A stretch of 63,807 bases of DNA, filler included, from an uncultured Acidimicrobiia bacterium (GTDB lineage: Bacteria > Actinomycetota > Acidimicrobiia > Spongiisociales > JAOTWH01), in assembly GCA_964347285.1 (NCBI GenBank). It is 3 parts of 3 records of this genome, joined end to end, with 100 filler letters (N's around TTAATTAATTAA, not from the genome) between each part and the next. Parts side by side here need not be neighbours in the genome. Positions count along the whole stretch, not along the records: positions 44,561 to 63,807 come from CAYFYE010000047.1; 2 more parts are not named here. One strand, given 5' to 3'. Shown here piece after piece: positions 49,239-57,803 of this stretch (position 1 is its first letter; every line of letters starts with the position of its first letter). Below the pieces are notes generated by a model. That model did no database searches and was not told the origin of the DNA. It saw nothing but the letters and a program-made list of their open reading frames with translations. The position numbers and the translations under genes are program-made.

Positions 49239-50198
49239 TTATGGGGAGTTTTCGCGCTCTGGCCGGGGGCCCTCGGCCTCCCAGGTGACCGACAGGGGAT
49301 CGTCATCGGTGAAGCCGACGAAACGAGGGGCCCGCAACCGGCCCGCCGACGTCCACTCCTTGTAGCCCACCATCGCCACCAGCTGAGGTTCCACCCACAC
49401 AGATTCCGTTGGGAGCTCGGGGTGGCTCAGGAAAGGGCACCGATCGGATCGCATCTCGTCGAGGGCGGCCCGAATGGCTCGCAGGACGTCCGCGCCAAAG
49501 CCAGTTCCGACCGAGCCGATCCAACGCAGCCCCTCGTGGCTCCGGAGGCCGACGAGGAGCGATCCGAAGGCACCGGCGCGGGCACCATGGCCCGGAGTGA
49601 ACCCTCCTACAACGGCCCGCACCCGAAGCACCCTGGAGATCTTCCGCCAGTGGTCCGAGCGCTTCCCGGGTAGGTATGGGGTGCCGAGTCGCTTGGCGAC
49701 GATGCCCTCCTGACCCCTTCCGATGACGCTCCTCCACAGTCCCATGCCATCACCGATCACGGTCTCGCATCGTCCTATGGAGGTGTCTGCAACGAGGGCA
49801 TCGAGCCGCTCGAGGCGGTATTCGATCGGTCGTCCGATGATCTCCCGGTCGTCGTAGAGCGCATCGAACGCCACAAAGGTGACCGGAAAACGCTCGATGC
49901 GATCCTTCCTGGGCGCGCCCATCCTCTGTTGCATGAGCTCGAAGGACGACCGACCGGACGCGTCGAGCACGACGAGCTCGCCATCGATCACACAGGGCCG
50001 ATCCGGGGCCAAGCCGCCCAGCTCCGGATAGGAGGCGGTGACGTCGTTGCCACGCCTGCTGCGCAGAACGATCGCCTTCCCATCCCAATACAGAAGCGAG
50101 CGGAAGCCGTCGAGTTTCTGGTCGAACAACCACCCCTGGTCACTGAAGGGCTCGGGCCACGGCGTGGCCAGCATTGGCTGGTAGCGCGGCAGGATCAC
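49239..50198 (-). CDS. ligD: ATP-dependent DNA ligase (LigD ligase domain, stand-alone)
   Basis: PMLA, KLDGFR, IDGELV, FDAL, EGIVAK, GSVGTGF, GRLRAPRF; no POL or PE domain. Confidence 0.88.
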   Translation of the reverse strand: MILPRYQPMLATPWPEPFSDQGWLFDQKLDGFRSLLYWDGKAIVLRSRRGNDVTASYPELGGLAPDRPCVIDGELVVLDASGRSSFELMQQRMGAPRKDRIERFPVTFVAFDALYDDREIIGRPIEYRLERLDALVADTSIGRCETVIGDGMGLWRSVIGRGQEGIVAKRLGTPYLPGKRSDHWRKISRVLRVRAVVGGFTPGHGARAGAFGSLLVGLRSHEGLRWIGSVGTGFGADVLRAIRAALDEMRSDRCPFLSHPELPTESVWVEPQLVAMVGYKEWTSAGRLRAPRFVGFTDDDPLSVTWEAEGPRPERENSP

Positions 50199-50656
50199 TC
50201 GGCCCCGAGCGCCTCCCGGACCAGCCGATTGACGAGGGCCCCGTCGAGGCGGTCGTCGCCCGACTTCATGATGTGCCCGGTCACCTTTCCCCCCAACTTC
50301 GGGTCGTCGACTCCCAGCTCGGCGATGGCCTCGGCCACGATCGCCCTGGTCTCTTCCTCGCCCAACGCCTGCGGCAGCCATCGGGCCAGGTACTCGACCT
50401 CGAAGGCGAGCTTGGCGGCCTGAGCGGCGCCGCGCTCACCGGCCGCTTGAAACTCGTCCCGGGCCTTGGTCATCTTCTTGGAATAGGAGGCGATCACCCG
50501 CCGGCACAGATCGTCGTCGACATCACCCGAGAAGCCGGGCGCCGACTTGGCGATGGAGATCTCCGTCTGGATCGAGCGTATGACGTCGGATCGCCTCCGA
50601 TCGCGAGTGCGGATGGCGTCCGTGAGCTCGGCGGCCAGCTCCTCGGCGATGCTCAT
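50195..50656 (-). CDS. GatB/YqeY domain protein
   Basis: AIRTRD...IRSI, YLARWLPQAL, GKVTG, DGALVNRLVR. Confidence 0.88.
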   Translation of the reverse strand: MSIAEELAAELTDAIRTRDRRRSDVIRSIQTEISIAKSAPGFSGDVDDDLCRRVIASYSKKMTKARDEFQAAGERGAAQAAKLAFEVEYLARWLPQALGEEETRAIVAEAIAELGVDDPKLGGKVTGHIMKSGDDRLDGALVNRLVREALGAE

Positions 50657-50789
50657 GTTCGGAGGGTACCCCACCGGATGCCGAGGTCCGAGAGCGCGAA
50701 AACTACCCGTCAAAACCTCTGGTCTGGCCGCAAGCGGCTCGGTAGCATGCCGCGAGCGCGGTCCACCACGCTTTTATTTTGTCGGGCTT

Positions 50790-50805
50790 TGTGAACGCAT
50801 TCACA
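50790..50805. promoter_or_regulatory. CRP-family binding site upstream of whiB1
   Basis: Perfect TGTGA-ACGCAT-TCACA. Confidence 0.8.
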
Positions 50806-50835
50806 AGTCCCGTTTCGAGGGAGGAACTGAAAACC

Positions 50836-51102
50836 ATGCTGGCCGTAAAGGAGTGGCGCGAATTAGCCGCCTGCCGAAACAGCGACCCCGAGTTGTTCTT
50901 TCCGGTGGGCACCACCGGCCCTGCGCTCGGGCACATCGACAGCGCCGTGACCATCTGCAAGCAGTGCCCCGTGATCGACGAGTGCCTGCTCTACGCCTTG
51001 GAAACCAACCAGGAGTTCGGGGTATGGGGGAGCTACCCCGAAGACGACCGTCGCCGGCTACGCAAGCGCTGGCTGGCCGAAAAGCGGCGGCGGGCCAGCT
51101 GA
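50836..51102 (+). CDS. whiB1: WhiB family Fe-S transcriptional regulator (WhiB1-like)
   Basis: WR..AAC..DPELFFPVGTTGPA, C..CPV...CL.YAL, GVWG. Confidence 0.88.
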   Translation: MLAVKEWRELAACRNSDPELFFPVGTTGPALGHIDSAVTICKQCPVIDECLLYALETNQEFGVWGSYPEDDRRRLRKRWLAEKRRRAS

Positions 51103-51257
51103 GGCCGATCGCCCCGCCCATCGACCCTGGATCAGGTCCGACGGCTGCGGCTCCCTGACGTGGAGCCCGGCCGGTCCTGACGGAGGACCGGAACCGCGGC
51201 CTTGGGCCCCTCGACACGCTCGGTCGGGCCGTGGGCGCGGCGCCCTCCGCCGGATGA

Positions 51258-51488
51258 TTACTCGTCGTGAGGGGCGAAACCGATTCCGGGCCGCTCGGGA
51301 GGCTCGACGCCGAAGTAGAGGATGGCGGCGACGCTCACAACCGTTCGCCCTCCCCCCTGCTCCTGAATCGAGAGCAGCTGCTCCCCGGCCTCGAGGGTAT
51401 GGCGGTATTCCTCCAGCACCGCCTCGGCATCAGCGACGTCGACGTCGAGCTCTTTCGTGGCGTTGGCTATGCCGATGCGAAGGTGCAC
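51258..51488 (-). CDS. DUF3107 family protein
   Basis: LRIGIANATKEL...GRTVV...Y...E..RPGIGF; AGGAGG SD. Confidence 0.75.
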   Translation of the reverse strand: MHLRIGIANATKELDVDVADAEAVLEEYRHTLEAGEQLLSIQEQGGGRTVVSVAAILYFGVEPPERPGIGFAPHDE

Positions 51489-51530
51489 GGTCCATCCTCC
51501 TCTTGGCCTGCGCTCGATCGTAGCCCTGCG

Positions 51531-52622
51531 TCAACGGATCACCAGCTCGGGGTGGGTGCGCACCTTGGGGCGCCGCTGCACCACCGCGGCGGCGATGTCG
51601 CGAAACGCTTCGGCCGCCTCCGAGTCGGGAGCGGCCGCTGCCACCGGGAGACCTTCGTCGGCACCGCGACGCAGGGCGGGGACCAGCGGCACCCTGCCCA
51701 GCAGGGGCACGCCGAGCTCGGCCGCCAGTGCTTGCCCACCGCCTTCTCCAAAGATCTCGTAGCGCGTGCCGTCGTCACCCGTGAACCAAGACATGTTCTC
51801 CACCACCCCCATTACTTCCTGGTTGACCTTCTCCGCCATCAGGGCGGCCCTCTTGGCGACTCGCTGGGCGGTCGGCTGCGGCGTCGTGACGATGATGGCC
51901 CGGGCTCTCGGTAAGAACTGAGACAACGAAATGGCCACATCTCCGGTACCGGGGGGGAGGTCGATCAGCAGGTAGTCGGGCTCACCCCAGAGAACGTCGG
52001 AAAGGAACTGCTCGAGGGCTTTGTGCAGCATCGGTCCTCGCCAGATCACGGCCTGATCGGGAGGTACGAAGTAGTCCATCGAGATCACCCGCACGCCGTG
52101 AGCCTGGGTAGGCAGCAGGGCTTCTTCGATCACCCGGGGCTGCTGGGCGGCTCCCAGCATCTTGGGAATGGAGAATCCCCACACGTCGGCATCGACGATC
52201 CCCACGGCGTAGCCGGCCTGGGCGAGGGCGACACCGGTGTTGGCGGTGACGGAGCTCTTTCCGACCCCTCCCTTGCCGCTGGAAACGGAGATGACCTGTG
52301 TGGGCGACTCCGGCCCGCCCACACGAATACCGCCCTCTCCCTTGATACGGCTGATCACGGCCGCTCGCTGGTCGGGGGGCATGTCTTCGATCTCGACCTC
52401 GGCTCGCTCGATGCCGTCCACCGCCGTGGCCGCCGCCGCGACGGCCTGCGCCAGGACCGAACGCAGCGGCGAGTCGAATACGAGCATGGCCACTCGAATC
52501 GCTGCCGAGCCGTCCGACGACACCTCGACGTCGAGCACCGCATCCAGCTTCTCAAGGGGGGTATGAAGCTCCGGATCGCGGACTGCGCCGACAGCAGATC
52601 GAACGGATTGTTGGTCACTCAT
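51531..52622 (-). CDS. mrp: Mrp/NBP35 (ApbC) Fe-S cluster carrier ATPase
   Basis: DPEL N-domain, SGKGGVGKS, DADVWG, WRGPMLHK, DLPPGTGD, VENMS. Confidence 0.94.
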   Translation of the reverse strand: MSDQQSVRSAVGAVRDPELHTPLEKLDAVLDVEVSSDGSAAIRVAMLVFDSPLRSVLAQAVAAAATAVDGIERAEVEIEDMPPDQRAAVISRIKGEGGIRVGGPESPTQVISVSSGKGGVGKSSVTANTGVALAQAGYAVGIVDADVWGFSIPKMLGAAQQPRVIEEALLPTQAHGVRVISMDYFVPPDQAVIWRGPMLHKALEQFLSDVLWGEPDYLLIDLPPGTGDVAISLSQFLPRARAIIVTTPQPTAQRVAKRAALMAEKVNQEVMGVVENMSWFTGDDGTRYEIFGEGGGQALAAELGVPLLGRVPLVPALRRGADEGLPVAAAAPDSEAAEAFRDIAAAVVQRRPKVRTHPELVIR

Positions 52623-52882
52623 CGAGGAGCGCGCACTATAGGGGGACGTCGCCGTGATCCGGTCCCCTCCCAACGCACCCTCGGAACCTGAGAGGCAATT
52701 GGATCTCGTATCGGCGTCAAGACGCTGGTTGGGATGGGGCTAGTACACGGGGCCCGTCCGGCTGGTCGAGCTCGATGCCGACGCCGGCAACTGCGGGATC
52801 TCGACCGTTTCGTTGCCACTGCTGCACGCTGCCAACAGGCACTCCGCCGGCGAGGACGGCGATGAGGCGACGACGATCGGCC

Positions 52883-53773
52883 TCATCCGCTGACCGGGGT
52901 ACCGTACAGTTCGATCTCGACTTGGCGAACCGCCTCGTCGACCGGCGCCTGGCACTCCAGGTCCCGCATCGCCACTGCGATCTCCTCGGCCTGCAACTCG
53001 TTGAGGGCGTCGAGCCTGGCACCCGTGAGCTCCTCCGGATCCTCTCCTTCGCTCACGACATCGAGACGCTCTTCGTACTCCTCGATGATCTCGTCCTGGT
53101 CCTCATAGTCGTAGCCTTCCTCCTGCATGCAGTCGATCCACTCCTCTTCGGCGGCCTGCACCCGCGGATCGAACTCCACAAGGATGTCCTTGGGGTTTAC
53201 GAACGTCGCGGCGAGCATCTCCGGTGGGAATACCTCCTCTACCGCGGACCTGGTGCAGCCCCCGGTGGAAGAGAAGTCCTCGTCGTCGAGGGTGATCGCA
53301 AACGTCGCATCCGTGTCGTCGCCGAAGAGGGTGCGGTCGTACGCGACCTGATCGGCTTCGGACAGCTCGTCGTAGATCGCGAGGTTCTGCGGGCCCAGCC
53401 CCACTTCCCTCGCCGGGAAGTCGAAGCGAGTCGAGATGCCGTATCCCCACTGGCTCTTGTACTCCTCCCGGCTCATCGTTGGAGCCGTCCGGAGCCACTC
53501 TTCCACCTCCAGGATGGCCGTCACGTCGACCGGGACGTACTCGAAGCCGGCGTCGGCCATGCAGGAGGCGATGAGCGACTCGGTTGCCTCCACCTTCTCG
53601 GCGAACTCCTCGTCGGTGAGGCCAAAGGCCTGGGTGCCGGGGAGGTCGGCCGGGAGGGTAGTCGCGGCCTCCGAGCCACCATCGTCGGCCTCCGACGTAT
53701 CTGTGCCTTCAGATCGCCCACAAGCGCTCGTCAACAGGACGAGGATCGCCGAGATCGCAAGCAACGCCTTCAC
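52883..53773 (-). CDS. Hypothetical lipoprotein, paralog of 20855-21706
   Basis: GTG after AAGGAGG, lipobox LTSAC, SCMADAGFEYVP, TGGCTR. Confidence 0.8.
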   Translation of the reverse strand: MKALLAISAILVLLTSACGRSEGTDTSEADDGGSEAATTLPADLPGTQAFGLTDEEFAEKVEATESLIASCMADAGFEYVPVDVTAILEVEEWLRTAPTMSREEYKSQWGYGISTRFDFPAREVGLGPQNLAIYDELSEADQVAYDRTLFGDDTDATFAITLDDEDFSSTGGCTRSAVEEVFPPEMLAATFVNPKDILVEFDPRVQAAEEEWIDCMQEEGYDYEDQDEIIEEYEERLDVVSEGEDPEELTGARLDALNELQAEEIAVAMRDLECQAPVDEAVRQVEIELYGTPVSG

Positions 53774-53804
53774 CCTTTCCTCCTTGTGTGATATCGGGCT
53801 ATGC

Positions 53805-53866
53805 AAGCTCATCTAAGCTGAGTCTGCACTGAAAGTGTTCGACTCGCGCTCAGCTCTCCTTCAGCT
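53805..53866. promoter_or_regulatory. Candidate OmpR/PhoB-family boxes in the divergent promoter
   Basis: TCAGCT-n5-TCAGCT (53850, 53861) on +, and AAGCTCA/AAGCTGA (53805, 53815) facing the other gene. Confidence 0.45.
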
Positions 53867-53888
53867 TGGCTACTTCATAGTGAGATAG

Positions 53889-55061
53889 ATGAGACGAACC
53901 CGGCAACTCGCAGTAGCGACCATTGTCGCAATCGTGGCGGCGGCGATCGCAGGATGGGTCGCCGGTACGAGGATTCAGTCTCCGGCCGAGGCCGCCGCCC
54001 AGACGGCTGCGCCGGAGCCTTCTCCCATTCTGGTTCCGGTCGAGGAGCGGGAGCTCTCTACCGACGTCGTGACGCGGGGCACCGGACGCTTCGGTTCGCC
54101 GCAGGCGCTGATGCTGGCGCCATCCGCCCTCAAGAGCGAGGCCGGCGTGGCCACCAGTCTCCCCGAGCTGGGGGCGCAAATGGCCGAAGGTGACCTGCTG
54201 CTGACGGTCTCGGGGCGACCGGTCTTCATCTTCCAAGGGAACGTACCGTCGTTTCGTGATGTCGGCCCTGGAGTGCGGGGTGAAGACGTGCGGCAGCTCG
54301 AGGCGGCCCTGGCCCGGCTGGGACTCGACCCCGGGCCGGCGGATGGGCTCTTCGACGAAGCAACCGGCGAGGCGATGACCGAGTGGTACCGGAGCAAGGG
54401 CTTCGAGCCGGTGATCGCCACGGACGAACAGCTGGCCGAGATCCGCTCGTCCGAGACGTCGTTGATCGCCGAGGCCACCGCGGTCGGTGGCGTTCAGGTT
54501 CCCGCCGACGAGGTGGTATTCGCGCCGTCGTTCCCGCTGCGGGTATCGGAGCTACCGGTGCCAATCGGCGCCACCGTCGATGGGCCGGTGGTCCTGGTGA
54601 CGGACGCTGCAGTCGCCGTCGACGGGTCGCTGCCCATCGAGAGCGCAGGCCTCGTGACCGAAGGCATGACGGTCCTGATCGACGAGCCCGACCTGGGGAT
54701 CGAGGCTACGGGAGTGGTGGGCTTTGTCGCTGAGGGACCCGGGACCAATGACCTCGACGGATTCCACGTGTATTTCGAGGTCGTCGTCGACGAAGCCCCG
54801 GCCAACCTCGTCAACGCCTCCGTTCGCCTCACCATCCCGACCGAGTCCACCTCGGGGCCGGTGCTTGCAGTGCCCATCAGCGCCCTGTCGCTGGGGCCGG
54901 ATGGGTCGTCGCGTGTCCAGCGCCGGGCCGGCGACTCGCTCGAGTACGTGGCCGTGGAGCCGGGGCTGTCGGCGAAGGGTTATGTGGCAGTGGCTCCCAT
55001 CGAGGGCACGCTGCAACCGGGAGATCTGGTGGTGGTGGGTTTCGACCGGCAGGCCTCATGA
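53889..55061 (+). CDS. Peptidoglycan-binding efflux (MacA-like) adaptor protein
   Basis: TM anchor, PG-binding domain GEDVRQLEAALARLGLDPGPADG, C-terminal VLAVPISAL...V.PGL....V.V...LQPGDLVVVG. Confidence 0.87.
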   Translation: MRRTRQLAVATIVAIVAAAIAGWVAGTRIQSPAEAAAQTAAPEPSPILVPVEERELSTDVVTRGTGRFGSPQALMLAPSALKSEAGVATSLPELGAQMAEGDLLLTVSGRPVFIFQGNVPSFRDVGPGVRGEDVRQLEAALARLGLDPGPADGLFDEATGEAMTEWYRSKGFEPVIATDEQLAEIRSSETSLIAEATAVGGVQVPADEVVFAPSFPLRVSELPVPIGATVDGPVVLVTDAAVAVDGSLPIESAGLVTEGMTVLIDEPDLGIEATGVVGFVAEGPGTNDLDGFHVYFEVVVDEAPANLVNASVRLTIPTESTSGPVLAVPISALSLGPDGSSRVQRRAGDSLEYVAVEPGLSAKGYVAVAPIEGTLQPGDLVVVGFDRQAS

Positions 55062-55190
55062 CGGAACCGACCCGGCCCCGAGACGAGCCGGCGGAGAGCA
55101 AAGTCGAGCTCGGCCGGCCCAAGAGGAATCCCCCAGCGCGGTGCAGCCTCCCACATGGCACGGAGCAGCTCGGGAGGTGACGGCCGGACA

Positions 55191-56408
55191 ATGCGCGTCT
55201 ACGAGCTAGCCCGTGAGCTCGATCGCAAATCGAAGGATGTGCTGGCACGCGCCCGAGAGCTCGGCATCGAGGTGACCGCGGCCTTGTCCGGTCTACACGA
55301 GGAATATGCCGAGCTGCTGCGAGCGTCGTATGCAGAAGAGGCCGGGACGCCTGCTCCCTCCTCCGACGGCCCCTCGGAGACAGAGGCCACCTCCGAAGCC
55401 GAGGCGCCGACCGAACCTGAGGCCGAACCACCGCCGCAGGCGCCCACCGAGGCAGAGGCGGAGCCGGTGCCGGAGCAAGCAGCCGGGGAAGCGGAAGTTG
55501 GTAGGGGGATGGAACCGCTCGAGGTGCCGACCGGGGTCACCGTCGCCGAGTTCGCCGATGCCATCGGCGAGGGGCCGGGGACGGTCAAAACGGAGTTGGA
55601 GGCAAAGGGGAAAAGGGTGACGGCCGACTCGCCGCTACCCGTCGATGCCCTCGAGCTGTTGGGGGAGGCCTTCGGCTACCAGGTGCGCGTGACCGAAGCT
55701 CCCAAACGGGAAGCGGAACAGCAGCCGAAGCCTCCGGCCCCGCTCGTCGAGCTCGAGGCTGTGACGAAGACCTATGGCGCCGATCCCCCGGTGCGGGCGT
55801 TGCGCGATGCGACGCTGAGTATCGATCGCGGTGACTGGCTGGCCGTCGTCGGTCCCTCCGGCTCCGGCAAGTCGACCCTGCTGCACATCATGGGCCTCTT
55901 GGATCGCCCTTCGACCGGGCGCTACCTGCTCGACGGCACCGACGTCGGCGCCCTCGCCGACCGCCAGCGGGCCGGTGTGCGGAGCAGGGACATCGGCTTC
56001 GTCTTCCAGACGTTCCACATGATGTCGCATCGGTCGGTCACCGAGAACGTGATGCTCGCCGACGTGTACCGGCGCGGATCGCGGCGAGATCGGCGAGACC
56101 GCGCGTTGCGGGCACTCGAGCAAGTTCATCTGGCTCACCGTCGCGACTATTTACCGTCGCGGCTCTCGGGGGGCGAGCGCCAGCGGGTCGCGATCGCTCG
56201 AGCGATCTTGGGCGAACCACAGCTGTTGCTGTGCGACGAGCCCACCGGCAACCTCGACGTCGCCACCGGGGCGACGATTCTGGACCTGTTCGGCGAGATG
56301 TATCGGGAGGGGCTGACCATCGTGATGATCACCCACGACGACGATGTGGCGACCCGGGCGAGGCGTCGGGTCCGCATCGTCGACGGCCGAATCGATGGGA
56401 TGGAATGA
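55191..56408 (+). CDS. ABC transporter ATP-binding protein (LolD/MacB type) fused to two IF2_N domains
   Basis: MRVYELARELD..SKDVL...ELG and VTVAEFADAIG...LELLGEAFGY (IF2_N-like); GPSGSGKST, FVFQ, LSGGERQRVAIAR, LLLCDEPTGNLD, ITHD. Confidence 0.9.
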   Translation: MRVYELARELDRKSKDVLARARELGIEVTAALSGLHEEYAELLRASYAEEAGTPAPSSDGPSETEATSEAEAPTEPEAEPPPQAPTEAEAEPVPEQAAGEAEVGRGMEPLEVPTGVTVAEFADAIGEGPGTVKTELEAKGKRVTADSPLPVDALELLGEAFGYQVRVTEAPKREAEQQPKPPAPLVELEAVTKTYGADPPVRALRDATLSIDRGDWLAVVGPSGSGKSTLLHIMGLLDRPSTGRYLLDGTDVGALADRQRAGVRSRDIGFVFQTFHMMSHRSVTENVMLADVYRRGSRRDRRDRALRALEQVHLAHRRDYLPSRLSGGERQRVAIARAILGEPQLLLCDEPTGNLDVATGATILDLFGEMYREGLTIVMITHDDDVATRARRRVRIVDGRIDGME

Positions 56409-57625
56409 TCGAGCGGAAACGATCGTCCATGGCTCCCGCCGACATGGTGAGCGAGGCCGTGGCCGGTCTCCTCGCTCGCCCGGGGAGAACGGGGTTGACC
56501 ATCCTCGGTACCGTCATCGGGTTGGCCGCGCTGGTCGCCACAGTCGGCCTCTCGCAGACGGCGGGTAACCGCATCGTGGGCCGGTTCGACGAGCTGGCGG
56601 CGACGGAGATCTTCGTCACTTCCAAGCCCCCCGCCCTGAACGCCCTCGACAGCGATCTTCCCTGGGACGCGCCGGCACGCCTGGAACGGCTCGAAGGGGT
56701 GGTCGCGGCCGGGAACATCAGCGTGATCGATGTCGGCGAAGCACTGGTGACGACCTCACCCGTTCGCGATCCGGCCCAGCGCACCGACTTCAAACTCAGC
56801 GTCCAGGCGGCATCCCCCGGGCTCTATCGAGCGGTTCGGGCCGAGCTCGCCACCGGCATGCTCCCCGACGAGCTCCACTCGCGGCGAGGCGAGCAGATCG
56901 CCGTCCTAGGGGCGAGTGCGGCAGACCGTCTCGGGATCACCAGCCTCGAGCAACTGCCCGCGATCCGCGTCGGCGACGATGTCTTCCTGGTCGTCGGCAT
57001 TGTCGACCAGGTCGCCCGCCAGTTCGATCTCCTGGGCGCCGTGATCATCCCGGAGGGGACGGCGCAGCGGCTCTACCGCCTCTCCAGCCCGGAGAGGGTC
57101 GTCGTCGAGACCAACATCGGAGCCGCCTCGGTCATTGCCGCCCAGGCGCCGCATGCCCTGAGGCCGGACAACCCGACCGGCCTCAAAGTCGCCTTCCCGG
57201 CAGAGCCGCAGCGGGTCCGGGAGGCGGTCCAGAGCGATCTCAACCTGCTCTTTCTCATCCTGGGCAGTGTGGCTCTGCTCGTGGGAGCCCTCGGCATTGC
57301 CAACGTCACCCTGGTCTCGGTGATGGAGCGCACCGGGGAGATCGGCCTACGCCGCTCGCTCGGTGCCACCCGCCGCCACATCGCGATGCAGTTCCTTCTC
57401 GAGAGCAGCACGATGGGAGTCGTCGGCGGCGTGCTCGGGGCTGCCGCCGGCACGCTCATCGTCGTCGGGGTGGCGGCGAGCCAGTCGTGGACCCCGGTGC
57501 TGCATCCCCTCATCCCGATCGGCGCACCCCTCGTCGGCGGGCTCATCGGCTTGCTCGCCGGCATCTACCCCTCGCTGCGGGCCGCTCACCTCGAACCCGT
57601 CGAGGCGCTGCGGTCGTCGACCTAA
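56405..57625 (+). CDS. ABC transporter permease (MacB/FtsX type)
   Basis: RTGLTILGTVIG, LLVGALGIANVTLVSVMERTGEIGLRRSLGA, QFLLES, YPSLRAA.LEPVEALR; ATGA overlap. Confidence 0.94.
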   Translation: MIERKRSSMAPADMVSEAVAGLLARPGRTGLTILGTVIGLAALVATVGLSQTAGNRIVGRFDELAATEIFVTSKPPALNALDSDLPWDAPARLERLEGVVAAGNISVIDVGEALVTTSPVRDPAQRTDFKLSVQAASPGLYRAVRAELATGMLPDELHSRRGEQIAVLGASAADRLGITSLEQLPAIRVGDDVFLVVGIVDQVARQFDLLGAVIIPEGTAQRLYRLSSPERVVVETNIGAASVIAAQAPHALRPDNPTGLKVAFPAEPQRVREAVQSDLNLLFLILGSVALLVGALGIANVTLVSVMERTGEIGLRRSLGATRRHIAMQFLLESSTMGVVGGVLGAAAGTLIVVGVAASQSWTPVLHPLIPIGAPLVGGLIGLLAGIYPSLRAAHLEPVEALRSST

Positions 57626-57803
57626 GTCGACCCTCCTCGGCCGGAAGTGCAGGCGAGGGATCACGGGACATCCTGTCCGAGACGATCTTCCCGAGGGCCG
57701 GGTTCACGCGGTTTGAGAGCGAAGCGAGCCGGGCTACCCCCTCCTGGACCGGCAACATCCTCCCTGCCGGTTCCCGATACGATTGAGGCCAGAAACAAGG
57801 ACG

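Noticed and set aside
55191..55691. True infB gene
   Set aside because: No GTPase (GHVDHGKT) domain and no nusA/rbfA context; the frame continues into an ABC ATPase
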